DNA from: Ancylonema sp.
Taxonomy: Eukaryota
Length of the DNA stretch: 50,585 nucleotides
Reading direction: 5' to 3'
Assembly: GCA_050230475.1 (NCBI GenBank)
Contig: JBFLGF010000195.1
Location: 1-50,585 of the forward strand
A model generated the notes under the pieces. That model saw only the letters and a program-made list of their open reading frames with translations. It made no database searches and was not told where the DNA came from. Each line of letters opens with the position of its first letter. The first letter of the stretch is position 1. Positions 25,686 through 38,498 of this stretch are shown here, piece by piece. The position numbers and the translations under genes are program-made.

Positions 25686-28600
25686 TCACTCCCTCTCCTC
25701 CTCCCCTCCCGGCCCTGAGAGCTCAAACATCGTCACTTCCGGCACTCTCGCGAATTCCTCGTCATCGCTCAACACGTCCATGTCGCCTGCCCCGCGCACC
25801 GACGGACTGCCCACTTCGCTCAAGTAGTCCTCCTCCTCCCCTCCCCCCGCAAACTCCAGTGCCGTGTCTGTTTGGCCCCCAAAAACGGGCTTCAAGTAGT
25901 GGTGGTCCACCCACTTGAACCAGCGGTGGAAGCCAGAGGGCGGGCCCCACCCCTCATGTCGGTCCATGATCTCACTCAGACTTCGGCCCACCCCCATCAA
26001 GGGCGCATCTAGAGCCACGGATGGCGGTCCCAACGACTCTGATTTGGTGGTGAGGTTTAGTGCTGCCAGGAGGGGGCCTGTGGTGCCCCCGAGCACGAGG
26101 GTGGTGGACACGACGACGAAGAGGGTGGTGGTTTCGATGGCGCGGTTCCCGGTGGGCATGTTAACCGCCAACGCGTACGCTATCGCACCGCGGAGTCCGC
26201 TGAGCCACATCATGGTCTTCATGGAGTTTGTGATCTTCTTCGACCTGCACCACACCCTCCACACGCGGTTAACTCCGTAAGACGCTGGAGGCGATGGAAT
26301 GTGATAATGTTGTCGTGAGGGTGTGCTGAAGAAAAAGAAAGAAGGTGCTGCCAGGCTGCCATGCGCACGGAGCGCCCTCAGGATTGGCGGGCGAGCGCAG
26401 GACGGGCCCCAATGTGAAAACGGTTGGGGGGAGAGGTGGGTGTGTACCTGGTGCGGTTGGCCAGCCAGGAGAGAGGGAAGATGTTGAGTGCTCGGGCGAG
26501 CAGGCAGAGCGGTATGGAAGAGAGGAGCAGGCCGACGTCGACGACGTGCGACAGCACCACCACTTGCATGCCGAGGTACGCGAAAACGAACAGCTCCGCC
26601 ATGAACGAGAGCGCCTCGAACGCGTACTTGGAACTGATTTTGGTGGCGTGCGACGTGTTGTAGTAGCCGTAGTGTGCGTTGCAGATTCCGCAGAAGAAGA
26701 GCGCCATGATGCCGGAGAGCGAGAGCAGCTCGGCGACGGAGTAGGAGGCGTAGGCGGAGAGGAGGATGAAAGCTAACTCGAACTTGGCGTACTCGCTGCG
26801 CACGTCGATGAACTTCAGGATGAGCGCGCACAAGAGAGAGGTGGCCACCCCGAGCGCGATGGACCCCACGCTGATGGCGCAGAACCAAACTGAGAAAGGA
26901 GGGGGGGGCGTGGGGAGGGTAGGGTCACGCAAGCAGCCATGATAGTCCCCCCTCTTAAAAGCGATGTTTAATAAAAGAGTGTCAAAACAATCCCAATCCG
27001 ACCCGCATTCGTGGTGCACAGAGTCCACGGAGGGGTTCTCATGCCATGCTCTCTATAAGCACATTCTCTATAAGCGCATTCTCCATAAGCGCATTCTCTA
27101 TTGGCGCATTCTCTATAAGCACATTCTCCATTCGCACATTCTCAGTGTACACATTCTCTATAAGCACATTCTCAGTGTACACATTCTCTATAAGCACATT
27201 CTCTGTGAGCACATTCTCAGCATACACATTCTTCATAAGCACAGTCTCTATGAGCACATTCTGAGTTCACGCACCGATGGCGACGGCTATGGTGGACATG
27301 GAGAACTCTTTGTCCATGAACGACTCCTGGCGGGGGGGGGGGAAATGTGGGGCATGAAAGGAAGCGATTCTAAGAATTCTAAGAATCTGAATGCATGGAT
27401 CACAGCATTGCCATTGTCCCCACTCTCACTCTAGCTCGGGCTTTGAAAACATGAATGGTTCTTACTTTTCAAAATGGTAGATCCCAACACACCCACAGAT
27501 ATGGATGTTCATCCCGAGCGTATGTTTTTTTATATACACGCTTCTTTGCTTGTCTGTAACGAAGGCTGTGTGCGGGAATGAGATTTGGTTTGTGGCTTCA
27601 CATTCACATATGGGGATGTGGATGTAATTGCTATTGATATCATAGGCCCTCTTACTTACAGTTTTCATTCCGGAATATCTTTATTTCAATAAATTGTCTC
27701 ATCTTTTTATCTCAATATCCTATTATATTATTCAATTACTGTATTACTATATTATAATATAATAATATTTTCGTATTATAATGTTATGGAATACGTTTTT
27801 TTTTTTTTTTTTTTTTTTTTTCCTGATCTTATAATTATACGATGATAAAATTATACACTCATACAGTCATACAGTCGTATCTAACATCATCATCTCATCG
27901 GCGCTCACAAAAGTGCGGAAGAGGACGATGGAGGTGGCGTCGTTCACCAAACTCTCGCCGAACACCAAATTGTACAACAGACTCGGCGCCTTTACATCTG
28001 CACCACATGAAACCGTGTGTGAGGAAAGGATAGGCGCCACCATTCAACCATTAAACCATTCAACCTGAGAGGAGGGGGAGGAAGAAGGGGTAGGGGACCT
28101 TGGAGGATGGAGAGCGTGGCCACGGGGTCGATGGCGGAGATTAGGGAGCCGAGCATGAGGGACTCGAGGAGCGGGGAGTCGCTGCTCATGTGCGTCACCA
28201 CGCCCAGTAGGAACAAGAAGTAGGTGCACAGACCGTACACGAGCGCGGAAATGACGGTGCCCACGACAGCGAACAGGATGATGGTGGAGAAGTTGCGGAA
28301 AAAGTCCTTCCGAGAAAGAGGGGCAGGAGGAAAGGAGGGCATTATGTCAGTTTTTTTTTTTTTTTTTTTTTTTTGGGGGGGGGGGGGTTGGTTGCAGAGG
28401 GGTGGGAGGAGTGGGGGGGTGGCCATTCAGTGCGGTGCGAATCGAAATCGGATTCGATTTAAACCGCTTCTGTGATCTCAGCTGTGCGGAGTGTGCACGC
28501 ACAAAGAATGAAGGGGTGTGTGAAAAAGATTGACGGGAGTTGTGGATTTCGCGGAGGGAAAGGCGGTGAATGGAAGTGGATGTCGATGGAGCGTGGGGAG

Positions 28601-29336
28601 CGGATGCACGGAGGGAATTTGTGAGGGTACGAATCCGATTGGCAGAATCGGATTCGGGAGGACAGCATGGCATGACATTCTTTCAGGGGCTGCCAGCAGG
28701 ACATGTTGCATCTCTGGAGAGCTGCTGACCTTTTTTTTGAGGGCGTACCCGGCGTTGAAGATGATGATTGGCAGAAGGCCATAGAAGAAAACCTCGGGAC
28801 TGAAGTAGAACTCAATGGAGATGTCGAGGCCCAATGAAATGGCTCCAAAAACCATGCCTAGCAGCATGGCCGTGGCTGGGAGGGAGACAGCAAAAAGAAA
28901 TGGTCAACAGGGCACCATGCGCAATTTTGATGTGAGATTTTTTTACACAACTCCACCCCATGCAGCACAAGATGATCGGAAATTGGAGGATAGAGTGTTT
29001 CTGACCGCATATTGAATTTGAAGTATCACTTAAAATGGAAAGAGGCTAGTCAGCATATGCCTGCCATACACATTCTGTCAGTATACCCATGATTTTCAAA
29101 AAGCGGCTGCGACATGATAGAAGCAGTCATGCATGCCCCCATGCCAACCGCATGCCAACCGCTAGCCAGCCGCATGAACACGATTCCCGTGGAAGACAGT
29201 GGCAGCTGACGCACGCACCTGACTCTGGCAGGTAGATGAAATGATACTTTTTGGTGGCATACGCGACAAGCATGGCCACCACCATTAGAAACGAGCACAC
29301 TAGTGTGTTCGCGGGGGCGTATAAATCCTTCTTCAT
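25686..29336 (-). CDS. NHX: CPA1 Na+(K+)/H+ exchanger, intracellular NHX/NHE-like; exons 29336-29219, 28875-28730, 28306-28099, 27997-27909, 27326-27275, 26889-26448, 26244-25686
   Basis: Motifs YLPES, FSPEVFFYGLLPIIIFNAGY, KKKDFFRNF, ISAIDPVATL, LVFGESLVNDATSIVLF, LSGIMALFFCGI, SGLRGAIAYALA. Exon phases close exactly to the TGA. Start codon less certain. Confidence 0.92.
27049..27262. repeat. Intronic 15-nt minisatellite (~14 copies, cattctctataagca-like) in an NHX intron
   Basis: 15-nt periodicity visible directly; produces spurious repetitive ORFs. Confidence 0.93.
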
Positions 29337-32300
29337 CTTTGTACTATTCTACCTATGAAATATATAATTTTCACAGAAGTGGTCTTCAGCTATGGTACAA
29401 TTGTTGCTACCTACAGTCGGAGGAGAATCCACACTCGAATACAAGCTTCCCAGCTGTGCTTTCACTCCAAAAAAAACTCTGTGAAAGTTCGGTCATGCGT
29501 CAGTGTGGTGGGCTGAAATGGAACATGTCCTACATCGCTCGGTATACTATACCGGATGTAGCTCTGGACGAAGGTATCAGATAGTAACGCACAAACTAAG
29601 ATGACTACCAACCTTGTGGCTGGCAGCAGTGAAACGGTGCAAAAGTAAACCTCAAATCATGTTGACTCAGAACGCTGGCGCGAACTCAATATTTCGATAT
29701 TTCATTGGCAAGAAAGAGGTGTGATAGCTAAGGGCGGATACAGGTCACCATAACGATATCGGCATACTAGTTTCGAGACGCTGGCAGTCATCTCGTATTG
29801 CTCTGTACAACCGCTGCTATGGCTGGAATCGATCGCGATTTTGTCCCTGAATTGGCGATGCACACGAGGAAGGAAGAGGAAGGGGCGACCCATCATGCCA
29901 ACGTGTCGGTCAAAGGTGCACTTGACATCTCACAGGCACAACGCAACTGTGGAAATATAATCGCGCCTTTATATAACGAGGGATCTGCATTTGCAATAAT
30001 AACCCGACAGTATTCCCTTAGTTTTTTTTCACTTTTTTTACTTTTTTTACTTTTTTTTTCACTACACAGAACAACTGGACGACATGGCTGCCTTGAACAT
30101 CGGACACGATGTATTTTCGACGCAGAGACACGGCGCTACGGCGGGACACGTTAAACCATCGGTGTCGGCATTTTGAAACAGTGCAAATGACACGTGGAAC
30201 GTGCAGGCGCAAACCGAAGCAAGGAACGTGTGGACGAGGGCCGTGTCGGGACGGGTCGGCCTGTCTAATACGGACCGGTAATGACACGTTTTCGATACGG
30301 TCCGCGTCCGTCATAATTCGGTTAGGCCGGTTTACACGGTTTATCCCGTTTCTCCGTAAGCGGCTGAATAAACCCCGGTGAACATGATACGACGCGGTCA
30401 TATCTCGGCCAGTACCATCAGAAGGTATGAATGCTCTCACGTAAGTTGTCTTCGTGAATGCTGGCGGGAAAAATTAGAGTTTTAGTCAGTGATGATCTGC
30501 ATCCCGTGTTAGTAGTGCAGGTTGCAAATACCAAGCAAATTACTGTCCACGCCCACTACGTACGGTGTGCAGAGAGCGGAAATTATACCCGGATTCCATC
30601 CAGGCCAGTATAGCCTTTAAATATGCTGTGCCTTCACACCTGCGACATCTGCAGGGGCAAACCCTGAGCTCTCTGACACCGGAAAATAATTGCGGAGATA
30701 AATAGGTGCAGAGCAGAGCAGCCATGGCATTACAAATGCGGCCTTGGTGGGTTCTCCTTTTTGCCACCATTTGTGCATCTCTGGAAGGGCTGCAGCCGAT
30801 CCTGTTGCTGTCATGGATGCAGCCTTTTCTGGTTCTTGAATTTTTACACCGGACTCGCGCTTTTCAAGGCCTCTGGATGCGAAGGATCGCCCTCACGTCA
30901 GTCGCTGTCGTCACGCAGGCCTTTGGATACACGGTATCCTACGCAGGAATGTTGAACAAACCAGATTTCACCCTCGGAGGAGTGGCTGTCATCTTCTTGG
31001 CATCCCTTCTCGGTTGGTCGCTTCTGATCGTAGCCTTCATTTGCGATGCCACATTTCGAAATATATATCCAGCGGCGCGACTGAGTCAGCCGCTGGTCTT
31101 CCCTGCGATATGGACAGCTCTGTGGCACATCGCTGCACAGGTGGGGGGAACATGCCAGAAATCTCGGTTCGGAATGATTACAGACTCGTCGATAAGAGTA
31201 TCCGTACGTGTGCATGGGGCAGACCATGACATTCAAGTATTTATATCATGTTGTACATCTTTGTACCTTTTTCTGACCCATATGCTGTCCACGGCCCTGA
31301 GTCACCTTCGGCAATAATTCGGTAAACATACTTTTTGCCATCTCTCCACAATGACTGCAAGCTTTTGCCTGCTACAGCTGCTACCTCTAGGCAGCATCGG
31401 CAACCCGGCGTAAGCATCGGCAACCCGGCGTATTCCCAGACCGGTCTCCGCCCGATGATCCTGACAGCTGCCCAACTTCCTCATCGCGTGGACCGCGGCT
31501 GTCTGCCATGACGACCTGTTCCGCAGGGAGCAATCGCGCGAGGACAACCTGAACATCCGCCAGTGGACGGCTCTGGAGGTCCCTCTCATCAGCCACGTGT
31601 ACGGCTGTGGAGTCATCTTTTGCCTCACCAGGGTGCGGGGGGGCGGGCGGGAAACGTTCCTCGGGGGCACCTTCTACCAGCGCAACCTGGTCGAGTACTT
31701 TGAGCCCGTGCTGCCAGCTTCCTGCATTCTGGGGGTGGAGCTGGAGGGGTTGGGCCAGGAGCGGCTGTGGGAGCAGACGGCCACCAGACTGACAGCTGGC
31801 GATGCCATTGTGCTGTGGTCAGAGAAAGCCGCGTTGGTGAGGGGGGAGGAGGGGGAGGCAGAGCTGCTGAAGAGAGCTGGCAGACTGGCTTCGGCCTCCT
31901 CCCAGGCTCGCATCGGACTCAAATCCCCCCACCTCGACTCCCACTCTTCCCTCCTCCAAGCCGAGCCCAGACCACGGAACTCCACAGCGCGTCGACTGGG
32001 CGACGGGGGACCAATGAGCACGGAAGTGGAAGGGAGTGAGGGGCCGTACTTGGGAGTGAGTTTCAAAAAGGAGATGGGGGAGGGGGGCCAGCCGTGGGCC
32101 CAGAGCAGGTTCTGTCTGGTGGGGCCCACAGGAGAGGCCCTCTTCTGCTACACCAAGTCCCACCCCTTTTGGTTCACTGAGCCAGAGGTGGTGGCAGGGC
32201 CGAAAACGCTGCAGGCTGTGCAAAGCCCGTGGGGCATGCTGGGGGCGGCTGTGTCTTCGGATCTGGACTTCCCAGACTTCATGCGGCAAGCTGCCGGGAA

Positions 32301-32606
32301 AGGGTAAGGGGCTGGGGCAAGGGGCAAGGGGTAAGGGGTAAGGGGTAAGGGATGGGGGGCAAGGGGTGAGGGGGTATGGGGAGAGAAAGTTTAATGTGCT
32401 CAAGAGATTAGGGTTTTTTTGCAATGTGGATTTGACTGTTGGGATGGGAGGGTGGATTGAGTCCCCACCTCTCTCGTCGAGATCGCACTCCTTTAGGAAT
32501 GCCGAGGGGAGGCCGATGCTTTCCCAGATTGTGGGACTGTGGGACTTCAACAATAGTGATGCTCCAGGGGGCACCAAATTGGCGCAGCTGTCAAACCCTC
32601 AAACCT

Positions 32607-32631
32607 CCTAAACCCTAAACCCTAAACCCTA
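32607..32631. repeat. Interstitial plant-type telomeric repeat (CCCTAAA)n, ~3.5 copies, intronic
   Basis: cctaaaccctaaaccctaaacccta, preceded by degenerate units. Confidence 0.8.
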
Positions 32632-33132
32632 CTGACTGCGATCCATGTACTCGGTGTGACCAAAACAAAAGAAAGAGCGGCGCTTGTCCCCAATTCATCG
32701 CTAAAGCGACAGGAAGGTGTTAGGACCCAGATGGACTTAACACCACAACATGCTCACCCACTGTACGCTACCTCCAGTGAGGATGAAGCAGAGTATCCAT
32801 CGCAACCATCACCTCCTCTCACGATGGCGTGGCGGTGGGGGGGGGCAGAGTGGATATCCTTCTGGAGCCGTGTCAGAGCTGGGGGCCTGTGGGCCCCTAC
32901 CAGCATGACGCCCACGGGGTTCGAGCTGTGGAGAACGGATTCACGCTCTTCCGCTGCACCAGCAACGGCATTTCGGGGGTGACCAGCCCCCTGTACCGCA
33001 TGCATTCGTGGAGGTGGGGGTGGGGGGGGGGGAGGGGAAGGGGATGGGGCGGGATGGATGGGTTGCCATGGAAAGATGTGCCGATTGCTGGCTGCCTTTT
33101 CCCGTTTTTTGGGATCTCTTGCCTCTCATTTA

Positions 33133-33194
33133 CAGTATCCAGTATCCAGTATCCAGTATCCAGTATCCAGTATCCAGTATCCAGTATCCAGTAT
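33133..33194. repeat. Intronic heptamer microsatellite (CAGTATC)n, ~9 copies
   Basis: Direct inspection. Confidence 0.95.
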
Positions 33195-35031
33195 TCAGGG
33201 TTTTGGTTGATGACGATCACAGGACTGCCTCTGCCTCGCCATGTAGAGAGAGACCAATGTGGGCTTGTGGCTGCTGCATGTGGGCAGGGAAGGGTTGGAG
33301 GCGGGCGTGATTCGCGTCGACATTCCCACCGCGCGCTACATGTGGACCCTGTACCCCGCGGTAGGCCACCTGTTCGGGTGGTTGGTGTCCGTTATGGCCG
33401 TCGTCTACGCCGCCCTCTGTCTCGGCCCCTTCACTTTGGCTTTCATTCCCTCGTCCTCCTTGCGAGGCTTCCTAGTGGGACCGAAAATGGACAATCCACC
33501 CGCAACTCCGGGCACTAACTACCAATCGAATCCTCGTCACTGGAGCGGGGGCTTGAGGGGTTTGCGCGCCGATTACCAGAGTGCGGGGGAGGGCGTTCCT
33601 CCGCCCGCGGGTGGGGGGGGGGGTGGGTACAAGCGGGACAATAGGGTGCTCCAGTTTCCGAAATTCGCACCCACTTTCTCGTTCAAAGGCTTTCGTGGAT
33701 TCAGCGACACGGAAATGCCGTCGAATTCCAGCGTGGAGGAAGTGATGGAGCCGGCGGCGAATGCGGAGCGGATTGGGAGCAACGAAACAACGACTCATTA
33801 GGGTTGCCGGCACCCCAAATTTCGAAATCGAGATCACGTCTTTCACACACATTTGCATGCAAGGTTGCCTACGCGGGTGTGTTTTATAAGGATGTGAGAT
33901 GCGAAAATTGCTACCCCTATCACCGTTGACGGCTCAATTTGTACATCAAGTCTAGTTGGAGTTCAGAGGCGCCACAATGTCCATGGGAGTCAGGGTGTTG
34001 ACTTAGCGTTGGTATGTTGTCAATCAGTCTCGAGTCCGTACTCGAGTCAATATCATCTACTGATGTGTAGATTACCCTCATCCCTTTATTTGTGTGTATG
34101 TAGTCCTACCTGACAAGATTTTGTAGGCATAAGTCCGCAGAGCAAGATCGAAAGACTAGTCGAGAGCTCCGCACAACAAGAAATAATCCATTAGCAGGAG
34201 AGGTGTAATGTCTGTGTACTACAAAATCGTTATGATGAACCAAATGTACATAGAATGTGAAGGTAGCCGAGTTGTGATGCTAGTGCTCTCTATGTGGCAG
34301 CTTCAGTGTTCATATTGGAGTGACGCAGTGACTCAATTGTCACCAATGGTGAGAGATGGTAGAGATGGCAAAGTTTTGGGAATTCGGACGCCACAACGAG
34401 ATTATGACATGGTGGCACGAAGCGATTTCGCTTTTTGGTTGCATTGCTCGATCTTCACATGAAAAAGTCTATCCTCGGCGAATATTGGCAGAATATCACG
34501 CGCGTGTGATTGTTGACTATGTAAACTCACCTCTTTTCATGACCGACATCTTGTTGTTCTATCTTGTGGATCTTGACATAGCAAGTACCATTGACCGATT
34601 GAAGACCGGCAGTTGTTGGTAATTTTTCGAAATTGGTGGATGTCAAGCATCAATAATAAGGCACTCGCAGTGGGTAAGAGGTTTCATCGAACAAATCTAG
34701 CCCAATGCGTAAGATGAAAGATTTCGTCCCTTTATAGCGTTGAATAGACCTACATCGTGAACTCCTATGGAAATCGGCATAGGTAACTCACAAATGACGG
34801 TGATCCTAGTGGATAGATTGGCTTGCTACCATATGCGAAAAGCGTATAGTATGCATCCAAACTCTATCCACACAGAGTTCGTCTACATGAAATGTGCAAA
34901 CACATTGACTTGATAAACATGAATGTCTATTTCCAGACCTTGTTTGCGTGAAAGTAATGAATGAAGTGATTATACTTCCCATGCCTCTCACTGAATCATT
35001 GAAATCATCCAGATAATTTATTTTTCCTTTC

Positions 35032-37625
35032 CTACGCTTGCATGGTCTCTGTACATCGGTCATTTGCATACTCTTTCTTCATTGTCCACATTGCGCAGGC
35101 ATACCAATTCTTCATCATGGACCTGCAGTTGGCCGTGTACGTTGTATTCACAACCCTCTCTGCTTCTACTCGGAAACCATATCCACTAGCAAGTCGCTTC
35201 ACATCCTCCAAACTCAACTCTATGGACACCTCTTCCTCCACGCTGTGTGAGTGGGAATCTTGATTGGAGGCAAAGTGCCACAGGAGGGGCCCGAGATTGA
35301 TCCATGTGCCCCCCTCCTTGAGCGCTTTTGCGATGACTTCAATGTAATCCGCAACATTGTGGGCCGTGTCGATGAAGAAGCACGTGACAACACAATCCCA
35401 TACACCTGCACGTGGGGCCCACACTCATTTGTTCAATGGGGTCACACATTGATATAAGATACTCCGGGCCCATCGTTGCACTTCATGCCTCTAACATCAC
35501 TTTGTGGTCAAATTTCAGAAAGCAATTAGAGTCCACTCTACTTCGCACATTGCCTCATGAGGTGGAGGCAGATCTGTGCCTCACAGCAAAAAACCTGGCA
35601 GATGAAGCGGGGTTTCCTCTCGAAAATTCCATCTGTCGCAACTTTGAACATTTTTTTTGTTGACACAGCATCCTCACCTGCTTGGGAGGGGTGACTGTAC
35701 ACCTCCAAAAAGTCTCCCGCACACATGCTGAACCCATGGGGGATAGTGTTTGGTACTGGCAGCACATCCGGCACTCTCACCATCCGCACCTGGTCTTCAT
35801 CCCTCCCCACATTACACGTGCTGTGCACCCACGGATGGAGCGCCCACTCCTCCTCTGCCTCGAAGCAGTTCAGCACAAAGCTGGAGCACACGAGAGTGTA
35901 GTACGAAAACTCGTTCCCCTCACAAACAAAGCCAGCTTGGGCGATCTCAAAGGCCAGCCGCCCCAGCCCGGCGCCTGGCCCAAGGCACCTTGGTGGAGGT
36001 CTGTTGGGAGCACGGAGCTCTTCATACAGACGGCGCACTTCCGCCAGTATTGGTCCGTAGGTCTGTTCCCTCTCCTCCGCACCCTCGGAGGTCCAGTCGC
36101 GGACAAGGCTCCTCAACATGCAGCGCACCTTCTCTGCGTCCTGAGGAGGGGCCTCATACCCTTCCGTAGGAGTGAACCAATGCCTCCCCTCTCGAAATTC
36201 TTGATGAGAAGCATTCTGAGGGGCAGGCAGCGAAGGCGTGCAGCTGTCGCATGGATCTTTCACCACCCCTCTGTCATCGCTTCTTGCTGCCACCTCAGCT
36301 GCACTCCCTGAAACGTCATCATCCCTCTGCCTCTGAAACGAATGAGGCGAATGTGGTGGGTGCCAACCATCGACTTGTTCAGGACCAGGGATGTCGACAT
36401 CGCCTTTCCGCTTGTTTCTGCCATCTGATGAGCTGGCGTGACAGGCCAAAGCAGCGGCGGGACAATCATGATGGGCAGAGTCTCCGGGACATGCTGGTGG
36501 CTCCTCTGGTCCCAGAGGGCATTCGAAGGCCTGGAAAAAAACAGCGAGTCCCTTTTTTGGTCGCAAATGCAGTGATTTCGACCCTGCGTTTGCAATACGT
36601 GGGAGTCCTATGTTCTGCTGCCCTAGACTGTACTTTTTGGCGTACTTTTTGGCGTACTTTTTGGCGTGCTATCATTGATGAGAATGTGAGCCCAAGGCTA
36701 TACTGAAGCAACAACCTGTGCTGTAAGTGACTGACCTGGATCATTTCGTTGATGAACACCTGATTGGTTCGAATGCATCTGCATTCAGGTAGAAGGTGAT
36801 TTCTTCGGTTATAATGACCTCGATACAAGCAACAGACAATCAAAAGTTTAACCTTGTAATCGAGAGCAGTGGTGCAAAACATGAGGACCATCATGTTACC
36901 TGCGAATCTGGGCGTATTTAGCAGGAAGGTGTGGTAGCATGTCCTGCCGAGGTAATCAGAGAGAACTTGCGAATAGTGATAATAATGCACCTCGACCATG
37001 AGGAGAAACACAGCTCTGGCTGAACGAGCTACCTGCTAAGATGTTTGAATTCGTCATACAAAATATTCGTTTACCAATGATAAAAATTATGTCCATTTAA
37101 ACGTTGAGCAACATGTCTACCCAGAGACTGCTAACAGCGCACATATGAACTTGCCAGCATCGCATACATTATCGGAAAGATTTAAAGCATCAACCACGAC
37201 ATATTGATGTTTGTAGTTCACCTTCTGATGAGACCGCAATGCTTGGATTGCCTTCTCCCACCGCCTAACTTCCATGGAAGCTGAAATCGAGTATCTGCAG
37301 ACGGCATGCTGTCACATGTAAGCTTTCTGGCTTTATCAATGAAGCATCCCAAGGGATGGCACGGCACCAGAACGAGATAGAGAATTGCAAGTGGTCTGCG
37401 ATACCAGTATGTGCGGCATTGCTGCATCACCGACTTAGCTTCACTTGCTTGGATAAATACTACATTCCCAAGCATATAGCCTCCTCACCCAGCATATGCG
37501 TCCAAGACTCTTTGAAGCGACTTCATCTCCGCGGCCCTATCAATCGAACTGTAGGAAGATTCTCCGGCAGGATCCCAAGTGCTTTCATGTACGTCACCAT
37601 TCCCTCCATTGGCATCCGTCGCCAT
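35032..37625 (-). CDS. CARNMT1: Carnosine N-methyltransferase (N2227-like) homolog; exons 37625-37489, 37294-37222, 36943-36900, 36778-36736, 36530-35678, 35405-35032
   Basis: EMKSLQRVLDAY, KVRCMLRSLVRDWTSEGAEER, PGAGLGRLAFEIA, GNEFSYY, FSMCAGDFLEVY, WDCVVTCFFIDTAHN, WINLGPLLWHF. Phases are consistent to the TAG. Confidence 0.93.
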
Positions 37626-38498
37626 CCGCTATTTCATATATATATATGAGAAAGTTTATGAGAGAGTCATCAAAGATTCCGACTGCGCTTTAGGTCAGCT
37701 GTATGATTAGCCGACAAGGTCATGATTTACAATGTCATTTCCTGCGTAAACAACTTCCTTTTCTGAGACACCAGCTTCAACTCCACCAGATTCAAGGCAC
37801 ACAGCGCCCCTACTCTCACCAGGAACCGCACGACACCCAGTAGAAGCACGGCAGCGGGGAAGCCTCAACGCGCAGCTCAATGGGATGCAGGTAGCTTGGT
37901 GTATGTCCAGTCGCGAGCCGGAGCCCCAGATCCGGCCTAGCCGTCTTGGACGCGGGGATGGCTGGACTGCGTTGGACGGCAAAGCATAGTTTGAGCATAC
38001 TCAATGACGAGTCCTTATTTTCACTACATATTTTCAGGTTCGGCTTTTCGATGATAGTGATTGGGACGCAAGATCATCCCTTGTAACCACTCCTTGTGAA
38101 CCAAATAATGAAACATTGGTTCGATTCTCAAATAAAATAAGGAACGTGACTCCTTATTTCGCGAAATAAGGAGTGAAGTTCCTTATTTTATCGAAGCCGC
38201 GAGCTCTACGTGTTGCACTTGTGGTGAGCCGCTCTCGCATGTGAAATTCATATTTTCGCTTACGAAATACCCAATATGTCGCGCCACATCCAAATAGAAC
38301 AACAGGAGCTCGAGTTGCATACATGTGGCAAAGGGCCAGCGGATTACAGCGCAGAGGAAAAACTGGAGATGGCAGGACGACACTTCTACCAGTGGGTCAC
38401 AGCCGAGTCGAAGCTACACTGCAAATGCTATTGCAATGTAAGTAAGAAAGAGGGGGGGCCTGGGGTACATCAACAAGGTTCAACTTTTTGGGGAAATA

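Larger units (their letters stand above)
30724..33801 (+). pseudogene. Multi-pass membrane apolipoprotein N-acyltransferase (Lnt)-like CN-hydrolase; exons 30724-31140, 31378-32303, 32849-33013, 33288-33801; frame disrupted at 31393-31470
   Basis: Hydrophobic N-terminus (LVFPAIWTALW, GSIGNPAYSQ, NFLIAWTAAV), nitrilase motifs IVLWSEKA, YTKSHPF, GAAVSSDLDFP, VRAVENGFTLFRCTSNGIS, TLYPAVGHLFGWL. In-frame stops at 31411, 31456 and 31462 follow a 20-bp duplication. Could be intact if this is an assembly error. Confidence 0.75.

Noticed and set aside
26964..27434. ORFs with HILYK/ENVLI repeats, or a CRISPR-like array
   Set aside because: They arise from a contiguous 15-nt intronic minisatellite with no unique spacers, in a eukaryotic context.
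30100..30390. GACACG/CCGT-rich stretch between the divergent NHX and Lnt-like genes, resembling an hAT subterminal region
   Set aside because: No matching TIR pair or 8-bp TSD found.
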